Shown: positions 12,277 through 23,217 of the stretch, one piece after another
How the letters are laid out: each line of letters starts with the position of its first letter
Position numbering within the stretch: position 1 is the stretch's first letter
Assembly: GCA_004764695.1 (NCBI GenBank)
Contig: SMSO01000014.1
Span: 6,562,029 to 6,626,028, forward strand
Origin: Schizochytrium sp. TIO01
Taxonomy: Eukaryota > Protista > Bigyra: Labyrinthulomycetes
Direction of reading: 5' to 3'
Length of the DNA stretch: 64,000 bases
Position numbers and translations under genes: made by a program
Notes under the pieces: model-generated
The model's database searches: none
What the model was told of the DNA's origin: nothing
What the model saw: the letters and a program-made list of their open reading frames with translations, nothing else

Positions 12277-13432
12277 GCACGCAGCTATTTGGGATCTGTG
12301 TTACTAAGTGGTGTCTGGTACAAGGTTGTCGAAAAGACTTTTTAGTCAGAGAGTTCCTATCGAATCGTTCTTGGAACGTTCCTATTGGATCCAAAATGGG
12401 CGGGCAGAAGAGAAGAAAATCTTGACTCTCTGCTCAGACTTTGAGACTTTGCTTGTTCAAGTAGCTAGATAGCCTCGTTTAAAGTAGCATACATCATAAC
12501 TTTGAGAAACCAAATATGCAAATTATAACTTGCATGGCTGATTCCGGATTCGTTCCAATTCCGATACCTCATTTCTGCTGTTCATCTTCAGTGTGATGTG
12601 GGAGTTCTCGCCCAATTGAAAGATGAAAAGGAGCAGCCTTTGACTAGAGAGACTGGTCTTAATCAGGATGGTCAAACTAGATGCTTCTAACATGTGATTT
12701 AAAAGAAAAAAAATCAGGGTAACTTGTTTTCAGATTGACAAGGTCGATTTTTATGAGAAATAAATACGCGAGACCACACTTGATCTCCGCAGATATGAAT
12801 CCTTTTTTGTTTCCCTATAGTAGGCACTATGTAGTTGTTGGATGTTAAATGCGAATAATAAGTGGACGACTTATGAAAACGCGAGGCTATCGGCAATCAT
12901 TGTTGTAAAAAAGAAAGAAATTATAGCATTATTGAGATGGTATGGCCATTTGAGGGAAGGAATGTAAATATGTTATGTATATAATCTTGTGTGGTCTGCA
13001 ATCCTTAGCAGCAATTGGTAAACTTCAACAAACTAGCTTTTAAATTGCGGTTGGATATTCACAGGTTTAGCGGGCCTTTGTTCCGGAGAGAAGATAAGAA
13101 GAAGTCCATCGGCAACGTTTAGGCAAGATGAGAATTTTCGAGATATATGCCGCAAAGAGATACAGAGCCAAGAATAATTCCGAGTACCCGTGGTATGACT
13201 AAAAGAAGAAATAGTATGATTCAGGTGCAATAAATGTTGTTGGCCTCTGCGGGTAGATGACCTATAAAGGCTTATCAATGGCGGCCATGCCTTTAGGATC
13301 AAAAATCACAAAGCCATGTAGGGTTGTTCTTGAGAACGTCTTGTGGTGGTCATAAGCATTTGGTTGGTTGCCAAACGAAGGGTTTCGGCACTGAGTGCCA
13401 TGCGCAAATTGTATCCTGAAGTACAAAGTTAT

Positions 13433-14458
13433 CTAGCGAAGGAATCGCTTTTCGAAGTCAATGTCAGGAACAAACTGAGGCGCCTCAAACCGGTGTACAT
13501 CCTTGATCTTAGGGGTGAAAAGCGGTTCACCGTTGAAAGCACGGCTTACGCTGAAGCGCATTGACAGCCTCTCCCAACGGCTTGGCTCACCACGCAGACG
13601 CCAAGTCTTGCCACCGCGGTCCTTAAAACCCCAGCGCTGCTGAAATTTGCTTTGGTGCTCGGTCACCTCCTTACGAAGCTCCTCTGCATGGTCTTCCTGA
13701 TAGCGTTGGTGTAAAACACTGATCTGTTCGTGGAGAACTTCGAAAGGAAGAACTCCACCTTGAGCTGCTAGCTCCTCGGTGGCTTGGAAGATATCCCGCA
13801 TTTCATCAACCCGGTACGCCGGTATACGAAGATACTCGGGGAGCCTAGTTTCGAGACCTTTCAATTTAGCAGAGGTGTCGTCAGGGTTGGCGACGGCAAC
13901 CATGGCAATAAGCTTTTCAGCTTCGTCGATGAGCTTCTCATCATCGACATCACTAGCATGCACATACAAGAAAGCAGCAGCTGCGATTTGCCTCTCCTCA
14001 AAAGTGAAGTCTTCAAGGTTGTCAACTTCAAGAAGGTGAAAAGGCGCACCAAAGCGCAATTCCTGAAGCATCTCATAAGTAGCTTCATCGGCAAGCATGT
14101 TGTAGATCCGTACCTCTTCAAAGGACTCATCGCTTTCACTAAAGTAGCACAAGAATGTACGCTTGATGCCAAAGGGCTCTAGGCGGTCGTTGAGGTCTTC
14201 AAGGTAGTGGCGGTACTCACCCTCAAGCGTGTACCATTCGGGTTTTTCCTCGATAAGGGCCCTACGAGCCTCCTGGTGTTCGCCACTCTTGCATCCAGCA
14301 CACAAGCTAGAACTTGTGATGAAAAACTGAAGACCTTCACGCATTTCATCATCTGAGACGTCCCTCAGTGCCTCAAGTTGGCTCAAGCGCACATCAACGA
14401 CCTCGTCTGCCAAAGACTTCATGAAGCCGCCATCGCTTGATCCGCTGGTGCTGGACAT
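13433..14458 (-). CDS. Unknown-family protein, paralog 3 (341 aa)
   Basis: ATG ORF with the same motif series as paralogs 1 and 2. Confidence 0.88.
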   Translation of the reverse strand: MSSTSGSSDGGFMKSLADEVVDVRLSQLEALRDVSDDEMREGLQFFITSSSLCAGCKSGEHQEARRALIEEKPEWYTLEGEYRHYLEDLNDRLEPFGIKRTFLCYFSESDESFEEVRIYNMLADEATYEMLQELRFGAPFHLLEVDNLEDFTFEERQIAAAAFLYVHASDVDDEKLIDEAEKLIAMVAVANPDDTSAKLKGLETRLPEYLRIPAYRVDEMRDIFQATEELAAQGGVLPFEVLHEQISVLHQRYQEDHAEELRKEVTEHQSKFQQRWGFKDRGGKTWRLRGEPSRWERLSMRFSVSRAFNGEPLFTPKIKDVHRFEAPQFVPDIDFEKRFLR

Positions 14459-15790
14459 GGTGTAGTCTATAAAGTTGTGTACTTAGAATGATGACGTTCA
14501 GAAGTTGGCCACGCCAGGCTCAGCTGTTTCTCGCCAGGATCCCAGCGAAAGGGTTTTGCTACGGCGCCAACCAAATAAACTCGAGCCGAGCGAGTGAACG
14601 ATCCTAGAGGGTAAGTCGATTAGGAAGTGATAGAGAGGGTGTGAGTGAGTGATTCAAAGAAAGAGATATCGCCGAGGGAGGGCTTCGGTCTACAATTCCA
14701 TGATTGCATGGTTCCACTTCTGGGCTTTTGTGAGATCGTTTTCTTTTGCTTTTTTCCTATTCAAATTAAACAATTTTATTTAATAATAATATTAATAACA
14801 ACAACAACAGCAACAACAGTAGTACAATAACATTTGTAATCGTAGTATTGTTAATTGAAAAAAATGTTTATGTAAAATATTATTTTCACATGGTCCTCAG
14901 AATTAGTAATACCTAAGTACTCTGCCTAGTTTAAACGTTTTATAAGAGCACCAGCATTAATTTTGCAGAAGAATATCATTATAGTGTGCGAAAGTAAACA
15001 CAAAGAGCTCTTCTTAGGTCACTACAGCAGAATTCTCCAGCAAAAGTGTTTTCCAGCTCTCATTATCCTTGTCAATCACCGAAGAAGACAGAACCTCATC
15101 GATCCCAACTACCGCGATATCTAAACAGTGGCAGCTTAGATGAGAGGCAGCCTTCTAATAAGATGCTGACTTCGGAGGAAAGAAAGTTCTTTCCTTTTTC
15201 TCTCTATTTGAAAACTTAAAATATGATTTCTAGGTAGGGCTGTGTCGTACATACCCGTCCTCTTTTCCTTTTCTCCTTTCTATTTTCTTTTTAAAAATTA
15301 TTTTAAAAAAAATAATATTCTTCCCGGCTTCCGAGTCATCGACCATCCTTCTCACATTAGAAGAATAAACATTTTTCTAAATGAAAAATAATAAAACTTG
15401 AAGTGGGCCAGTGAACTTTCCAATTTAATGAGACTCCCTCCGGCACGTGCAGAAAATATTATGAGGGTTAGCGGCAGAATTGGGCTCTTCTTCACAGACA
15501 GTTCTGACAACAGCAACTCTTCTATTGGAGTTCATTCTCAACTAGCATACCTAGTACGCCAATCGAGCGTCGTCCTTGGTACTGACTGCCTTCCTCCATC
15601 TTTAACGAGTGCTTCGTTCAAGTTTTGTTGCTGGTGATGTTAAACAATGATTCTAAACTAGGCAGGTGGAGACACGTGTTGACAATTAAAAGCACTAATT
15701 AGCCTCTAGGCACGCTATGGCATAGAGCCTAACTTCAACAACTTCGAACTGCAAGCAGATTGGAAAACAGTGAACTTTGAGAATCCACTA

Positions 15791-15815
15791 CCAAACCAAA
15801 CCAAACCAAACCAAA
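15791..15815 (+). repeat. (CCAAA)5 microsatellite
   Basis: Direct reading. Confidence 0.9.
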
Positions 15816-16264
15816 GCCTGGCGTCAAAGACCTCCATGGTTGATGTCTTGGCACTGGTGCCTACCTGGCTCTAGAAACCAAATTTAACCAATGAAAATTG
15901 CATACGTACCTTCTGCTGATTTTTCTCGGGACCCGGCTGTAGCTGGGTAGCGATTTCAGATCGTAGAAGCGGAAACCTCTACACTGTCTACCAGCACAGC
16001 AAAGTTTTGGACTAAATTTAGTAGGTACTCGCGCATACAGATGATATTGAAAGCCATATCATGGCATGCAATAGATTGTGCCCTCTGCTGATGAGGGTTC
16101 ATTCGCATATCCTCCAGCGAGGGCATTACATCGAGTGGTAACAAACGCGCGCTTCCCAGGAGGCAGCTGGCAGGCTGAGTTATAGAAGGAGATGAAGCAT
16201 TTGAGCCCGCCAAGATTTTCGAGGTTTTCAATGGCTCCGCTCAAAAGCTGGAGAGTTAGAAGCT

Positions 16265-16380
16265 GAGCGAGCGAGTGATTGAGTGATTGAGTGATTGAGT
16301 GATTGAGTGAGTGAGTGAGTGTGTGAGTGATTGAGAGAGTGAGCGCGTGAGGAAGAGAACAAGCGAGCGAGCGAGCGAGC
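16265..16380 (+). repeat. Compound microsatellite (GAGC)/(GAGTGATT)/(GAGT)
   Basis: Direct reading. Confidence 0.9.
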
Positions 16381-16874
16381 ATGCATCACGATGAACCACT
16401 GGCTGCCTTCGATACGTTTGGTAATCTTTGAGCTTTCGACTCCTATCAGCTATGTATGGTGAAGGCCGAAGTTAGGGATTGATGGTGTGCATTGGCAGCA
16501 GCATCGGCCTCAGAAACAGATTTAATTTCTTTTTCTTTTTTCTAATTTTTTCATTGCTTGTTTTTTTGTTTTTTCTTAATTAATTAATTAATTTAAAATA
16601 ATGATAATAAAATAGAGGTTCTGTATCTTCAATTGAAAGAAGACCCTTCAATCAAAGTGTGCCGCGGCTAGCCGCACAGCCAGTGCTTTTACTTCACACT
16701 ACACGATGAACATCTGCAGCGGATTTGGGAGATGGGTTATACAGGTGGATGCTACAGTGGCGCTTCAATACCATTCGATTCGATTCGTTGGAATTACTCT
16801 TTCTTTCCACATTTAAAAAAAAGAGGGGGAAAAAGCTTTCCAATTTTTGTTGGAACGCTTGTTGCACGACATTC

Positions 16875-17159
16875 CTTGCTGCATTTCAATGTCTTGAGTC
16901 TGCAAAGTTCTCTAGAAGCATTGTGCAGGTGATGAGAAAAACGATCGAGCTTTACGACAATGATTACTTGACCTGGTTCAATATGGCGGTGATTAATCTT
17001 CATCGAAGCACAAGATAGGAAAGCGCGGCACGTGCAGAAGAAAGCGTGGTCTGCTCTGACTATCAAGTGCGCACTAAGTGTGCGCCAAACTCACCGGCGC
17101 CTGACAAGTTCTACTCGAAGTTCAAGTCGGTGCTTGAGGTTCACCACCTCTCAAACTGA
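16875..17159 (+). pseudogene. Probable decayed TPR-repeat gene fragment
   Basis: MRKTIELYDNDYLTWFNMAVINLHRSTR*ESAARAEESV resembles the TPR consensus; in-frame TAG at 17016-17018. Confidence 0.4.
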
Positions 17160-19888
17160 TTTTCTGACTTTTTGATGAAATCTTAAAGAAAAAAGAAATT
17201 GGGTGAGTTTTATATCTTTAGTATCGCTGATTATTCAACCATATGTAAACTATTCATAGGCAAATACTTTGGTAAAGTGACGTAAGTAAATAGGATCTGA
17301 AAAAAACACCTCAAAGTATTCAAGTCTTAAAAACGAGTTGGTATTAATGCCAATGAAATGAATTATTGAGAATTGAGGCAGAATTGGATTGTTTGGGACG
17401 ATCAAGCTCGCTTGGTTGCTGGGAGAGTTGTAATGAGCTTCCTCTCTCCTTTTCGTCAAGAGGCAAGCTGAGGCTTTCGAGGAGCAGGGTTAAATGATTG
17501 GAAGTACCACGTCATCACTACCTTCTGTAGGCCGACTTGAATGTCTTCAAACTGATGTACAAAAGTGGGAATCTTGGATTTTTAGGATCTTTGCTCGATT
17601 TGCAAAGCATTGGTAGATTGAGAAAAAAACTGAGAGCGATTGAGCGCTATCCTTTAAAAACATTACTACCCATTCAGCAAAAACACCAATGATATACCGC
17701 ACTTTTTTTCGGATTACCTTAGATGCGCTGATGGCATGGATTAACCAGTACAAAGACTTAGAGGTTGCCTAGGTAAGTTTTCTCTAGGATGAGTCGCTTT
17801 GATGCTGCTACAAAATTGTTGATAATAAGCCAAGTGTTAGTACCCTAGCCTTTCAATTTTTTTAAAATATTTCTAAGAGAATCGAGGGTGTGCGCCACCG
17901 AGAAGAGAATGACATCAAGTACTAGTAATTGAGTTCTTGCGCTTTTGCCGGCCCGAATGCAAAGTTTGATCGAATAACCAGGCTTCAGAAAGGCGCTAAG
18001 TAAATACCTTTGGAGAAGTAGTAGTAGTAAGTGAATAAGATTGACCTCAGCCTGGCAGGTTATTATTTGGGGTGGCTGCGATTTCTGAGAGTGCTGACCG
18101 TTCGAGTGTACCTACTCTTCGCATGTTTCTCATACGGATCAGTATATCGTCGGAGATTGAGCGCCTGGCAAAGCTTCCACGCGCCTTTGAGTTTGTGTCT
18201 TCGAATTATTTTTGGAAAGTTTTGCATAGCAACGAACCTCAAGCCGTCACGTTGTCGTTCGGGTCCTTAGAATAAAGTCCCGTCCATACCAGACTATTTG
18301 CCGCTAGATCCCAGATACATCTACTACATAGTAGGAAGCAACCTTTGAAAGACCGTTGCAGCAGCTCAGAAGGGTATCATACTTTGAATAAGTAAAGATT
18401 TGGCAAAACTATTCCAAATACCTTGCTTGGCCTATTTACAACAGCAGCCAGATATTCTTATTTTCTTTATTTTTAGTTTTTAAAAAAAGGATCTCAACTG
18501 CCAAATCACTAGTAATTACTGTCAATGATTTCCAAGCGAATCACTGGTGGCGAAGAAAGTCTCTCCCTCGCTCAGCTGCCTCTGCATGATGCAACCTCAA
18601 CATGATGCAACCTCTAGCTACGCCATCCTTTCGTCGCAAACTAAGATATTTCTCAAGTACAACCTAAGGAGTTTACAATATTCTAATCGTTGTGCAAAAG
18701 GCCTACAAATCCAGACAATGCTTTTTGGTTGCCTTTCACATCCGTAAGGAGGGATTATTTTAACTTGAGTTTTTACCCAGGCTAACTCACTACCTCTGAC
18801 TAGTGCGAGTGTTTTCATATCATAAAAGAAGGGTGCCTCTGCTTTAGCTATCTGCCCATCCTGTGCTTTGAACACTGTTTTCGGAATTTTAAAGAGATGA
18901 GCAGACGAAACTTGCTTCGCAAATAGTATCAGTTGCCAGTGTATGAAATAAAAATAAGTAAACTCAAGCGAAATAAGGAATTCTATATCACTGCGCAATT
19001 CTCAGCGAGCTACTTCGAACAACTAGGTAGTACTGCAAAGTGAATTAGGCCTTCAACTTATTGGATGAACTCTACTCGAACCTAAGTCAAAACGTTCTTT
19101 TGATCTTTAGAACACTCTGACCAATGTTTTTATGAAGAACACTCATGTTTTAACTCATTTTGTATAAATAAAACAGGATTGATAGACTATTAGTGAAAGC
19201 ATGTGAAAGAGTGGTTCACGCGGTAGTAAGCAGGTAGGTAGGTACCATTTCACATGGGAAAGTGAAATGGAAAACCTGATTCAAAGCCACATGGTGGTGT
19301 GACTATGATCAAACGATTCACTCTTCACAAACTGTATATGAAATTGAATTTGTTGCCATTGATTGATTGAGACTCTTCAGGCCCTGGCATGAACGATCAC
19401 CAAGCCAATACAAGACCAGAAACAATCAGGTTTGCATTGCGCATGCAAAACAACACATGAATTTGTTTGATGGGGGGAAAGCAGACATATATTCCGAGCC
19501 TGTAAACTCGAGCAAGTGGCCGCTTTCTTCGAAAACAGTGACAAAGCCCCGTAGTGGTCCTTTCTAAAATCTTGGAAAACTATGGCAGGACATTTTTACT
19601 TTCTGGGCGCCAAGTCCTAGACGATAAATAAAACTAAGGAGCGCCCTTTCTTCTTACTCAAGTTATACAATATAATAGTATGGAACTAGTACCAAGACAC
19701 CTACGCCGTAAAGTTCGATGGGCCAGTTTCTTGCGAACTACTACTTTTACACGGTAAAACTAGTGAGCGTGCCGCACTCCCAGAATCCCAAACAAGCATA
19801 GAAGACGAACTGGCAATTGCTACAGCCGAGCTTGCCCACTATCTGAAACGCAGCGTTGTTTGACTCGGATCCAGGGCAGACCGACGCC

Positions 19889-22780
19889 ATGGACTTCAGG
19901 ACCTGCAACGCGAACCAGGAGGACCCGCTGCACTACGTTGCTAGTCTTGCTGAGAGGCTGCGAGGGGTGATGAACGATATAGAAGTATTTTCTGTGCGCT
20001 CCTCAAAGCTTTGCAATCTAGTTCAGCTAGTCTCTGAAAGACTTCAAGACTTATGTGAAGCAGAAACTCTAAGACAAGAACTTGAAGAGATCTTGCAAGG
20101 CTTGCTGAGACGCTTATCTCAAATTGTTGCTATAGAGGGCATAGACTGGAGAGATAACCAGCCAGAACTAGCTTTTATCATTCAATACGTCAAGTCATGC
20201 CAATACTTTGAGGAAATCTACATATCTCATGAGAGATTAGCCAGGATTGTGACACCACTCCTACAGAACGAAGGAAATACTCTAGATACAATCATTGTTA
20301 CCATGGATGACGATCATGAAGACTACAGTCAGGATTCTACATATTTCTCAAATGCCATTGTTGCAGCCAGGAGAAATTTCCCTGCCCTCCAAGATGAATT
20401 CATTGGTTTACAAACATTTGGCAAAAACGTGAACGACTTTGGAAGAGATCTAACGCAAAGACACATCCGTTTGCTACGGGCCACGTCTAAGATTTTGAGC
20501 AAGCTTGCATTTATAATTGCGCCATATGTGGCAACTGATTGTAATCCAGGAGGTCTTAGCTTTGAAAGAAGCAGAGATGTTCCTATGCAAGGCAGCTTTG
20601 GATTTGCGATCTCTTCTGTATGGCGTGGCCAATATGTGGTCCTTCGAAAGACCCAACCACAACATCCATTGATGAACGATCTTGATTTGCTCTATGCAGC
20701 TCAATCTTGGCAGGTAATTCGACATCCAAATATTGTGCAGCTTTATGGCACCTGCATTCTCGAAAACAATGTTAATCTTATCACAGAGAGGTGCCATCAA
20801 AGTCTTCAAAATTTACTCTATAACTGCAATGCAAGCCTTTCTCTCGATCAGGAGGACACAATAATCAAAGGCATCGTGCGTGGCCTGAAACATTTGCATA
20901 GTCTATATATAGTGCATGGAAACATTCAGCCAGAAAGTGTTCTTCTTGTGGATGGGTCGAACGGAAATATTAAGCTTACCGATATCGGTATTGCGCCCGC
21001 AAAATTAACGGACAAGACATACCGGTATGCTGCCCCAGAGCTCTACAGTTCGCCATTGCGCTGGTCTCGAGCTTCAGACATCTTCTCACTAGGAATTCTC
21101 TGCTGGGAAATCAAGGAATGTCAGCCTCCGTGGGGAGCAGAAAACAGAAACGTGATACAGAATCATGTATTGAAAAACCGCAGGCCGCAATTTGGCCACG
21201 ACACAGAATGGAAGTCTCATTTTCAGGAGCTGGTTACCAAAATGTGGGCTTCTGAGGCTACCAGTCGACCAACTGCAAAAACGATCTTCGATTGTGTTTC
21301 TAGCAATATAAAAAATCGAAGATCCTCACGGGTACTGGCGGGCATCTTGTTGAGTCATCGGCGCTCACCCGAACACCGAAAGTCAGGGAAAGAGACAGCT
21401 AGATGGTCTATTTCTACATTTGAAGAAGACGAGAATTTGGAAAATGAGCTTGATTCTCCCCAGCGTATACATGCAAGTCATACCGAGAGACCAGTCATGG
21501 AAATTACTAACGGGCAAGAAACATTCTCGATGTATGAGACAGAAGAACGCCTATTTGATAACTACGATGAGAACTACGGTGAGAACTCTGTTACCTCATT
21601 TCAAACTCCAAGCCTTAGAGAAGAGGCCAACTATAGAAATGAGGAAGGGTTAAGACCCTCTCAGGTTTCTCATGATGGGCTGAGTGAAACTAGCACGCGC
21701 TCATCTTTGGTAAATAATCAAGACCAATGGAATAAAATTTGTTCAATTTTGTCGCAACTTCGACTAGATAGCTGTGCTCCCCTCCTTGAACAAGCAGAAC
21801 TCACGACATTTGCCAGTTTTGCTGATTGTTCTGCGCAAGACTTGAAAGAGTATGGTTTTCATAAATTTTCAGACCGTGTGGCGTTTCTCTCCGCTGTTCA
21901 GGGCAATGAAGCATCTCATAGTTCCTCTGAGGATGATTCTTATGATGATGATGATGATTTCGATTCAGATATTCAAAATGAAGAAAGGTATGACGAGTTG
22001 CATTATCTCTTTCCATCGATCACTGATATGGAGACTGATAAGGAGCTTCAAGAATTAACAGAGCTCCTATCCACCATTCATCAAGAACATCATGCGAGAG
22101 AGATATATAGAGAATCAGGTTCCCTCCAAGAATGTAGGAATCTGACTCACCAGCAGCTTCGCACTATTGGAATACGAAACTTCGCAGATCGCCACTCCAT
22201 TCTCACAACTCTTTCGCAAAGTGAGTTCACAACGGACGATGACCTAACTCTTGAGGACTTTCTCTCAAGTATTAATATGTCCATGTACACCCGACAGCTT
22301 CAACAGCATGGTTATCGTAAGATTTCTGATTGCAAAAGACTTGCCTTTTGCGATGATGATTCACCTGAAGTCGAAAGCATCTCACTTGAAGATCGCAGTC
22401 GCATTGTTTTAGCTGCGAAGGAACACAGACTGCCTGCAGAACGTCCCCCGATTGTCATCGGAAGCTTTGTAAAACTCAATGCTTGTCATTCTAGAATTCC
22501 ATTCCATCATACAGGCGAGGTAATTCACATCGAAGAGCCTGGCCGTGCCATCTTGGTCAAATTTGAGGTAGGGAACTCGACGCTAGAAGAATATCTTCCA
22601 CGGGAGCATCTAGTTACCACAACCAAGCCGACCTCCAGGTTTTATGCGAAACCCCTGCTTGTATGGAAAAGGTTATCTTCTTTTAGGTTTTCTCGAGACT
22701 CCTTCATAAGTAGACAAAGAAGAGGTTCTTCTAGCAATGTTAGTTTTGTTAGAGATCGTTCATGGGACGACGACTACTAG
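19889..22780 (+). CDS. Helical N-terminal domain (MLKL 4HB-like?) + TKL-type pseudokinase + 3 SAM domains + SH3/KOW-like C-terminal module (~963 aa)
   Basis: Kinase subdomains GSFG, HPNIVQLYG, HGNIQPESVLL, LTDIG, YAAPE, SDIFSLG. SAM-like repeats such as LEDFLSSINMSMYTRQLQQHGY. First ATG at 19889. Confidence 0.85.
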   Translation: MDFRTCNANQEDPLHYVASLAERLRGVMNDIEVFSVRSSKLCNLVQLVSERLQDLCEAETLRQELEEILQGLLRRLSQIVAIEGIDWRDNQPELAFIIQYVKSCQYFEEIYISHERLARIVTPLLQNEGNTLDTIIVTMDDDHEDYSQDSTYFSNAIVAARRNFPALQDEFIGLQTFGKNVNDFGRDLTQRHIRLLRATSKILSKLAFIIAPYVATDCNPGGLSFERSRDVPMQGSFGFAISSVWRGQYVVLRKTQPQHPLMNDLDLLYAAQSWQVIRHPNIVQLYGTCILENNVNLITERCHQSLQNLLYNCNASLSLDQEDTIIKGIVRGLKHLHSLYIVHGNIQPESVLLVDGSNGNIKLTDIGIAPAKLTDKTYRYAAPELYSSPLRWSRASDIFSLGILCWEIKECQPPWGAENRNVIQNHVLKNRRPQFGHDTEWKSHFQELVTKMWASEATSRPTAKTIFDCVSSNIKNRRSSRVLAGILLSHRRSPEHRKSGKETARWSISTFEEDENLENELDSPQRIHASHTERPVMEITNGQETFSMYETEERLFDNYDENYGENSVTSFQTPSLREEANYRNEEGLRPSQVSHDGLSETSTRSSLVNNQDQWNKICSILSQLRLDSCAPLLEQAELTTFASFADCSAQDLKEYGFHKFSDRVAFLSAVQGNEASHSSSEDDSYDDDDDFDSDIQNEERYDELHYLFPSITDMETDKELQELTELLSTIHQEHHAREIYRESGSLQECRNLTHQQLRTIGIRNFADRHSILTTLSQSEFTTDDDLTLEDFLSSINMSMYTRQLQQHGYRKISDCKRLAFCDDDSPEVESISLEDRSRIVLAAKEHRLPAERPPIVIGSFVKLNACHSRIPFHHTGEVIHIEEPGRAILVKFEVGNSTLEEYLPREHLVTTTKPTSRFYAKPLLVWKRLSSFRFSRDSFISRQRRGSSSNVSFVRDRSWDDDY

Positions 22781-23217
22781 TAGTAAATTTTTAACAATTT
22801 CATTACACATGGTAGGTAGGTTTACCTAATAGTAGTGCGTTTACTTCGAGAGCGCCTAGGCCTGGTTATTAAGTTCCTATTAATAGACAATACTCGTTAA
22901 GTTGCCAAGGACACTTTAGGTACCTGGTATTATTAGGTAATTGTTCAATACTTCGGATACACCTAGTACCACCTATTACCAGCTAGGAAGGTAGGTAGCA
23001 CCCCTTGGAAAGTAAAATTTCTTGGAAACCAGAACCCAATCGATCCCGATTGAGTTTAGTACGGCTGATCCTTCTCAGCCTAGGGCTTGCTGTAGGCCAA
23101 GGCTTCCACTGTAGCCACCGAAGAGCCAAAACCCTCGCAACGTCGACGAGCCTTCAGGTGAGAGCGTCCTAGTAGTGGGCAAGTCCTTAAAATTGTGCTC
23201 AGCACGTGCACGCGACG

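Noticed and set aside
5342-13564. Similar antisense/alternate-frame ORFs over the paralog C-termini (5564-5911, 8296-8499, 5342-5659, 8180-8476, 13343-13564)
   Set aside because: Their mutual similarity is a shadow of the conserved sense-strand module; starts and lengths are not conserved
13960-14070. Resemblance of GAPFHLLEVDNLE..QIAAAA..H.S to the mononegavirus nucleoprotein core motif
   Set aside because: Seen mainly in one paralog, the upstream domain is too short, and the FxxxxYPxxxSxAMG-type motif is absent; not supportable without a profile search
15010-16260. Short protein-like minus-strand stretches in the gene desert
   Set aside because: Interrupted by stops, no recognisable motif and no consistent splice model
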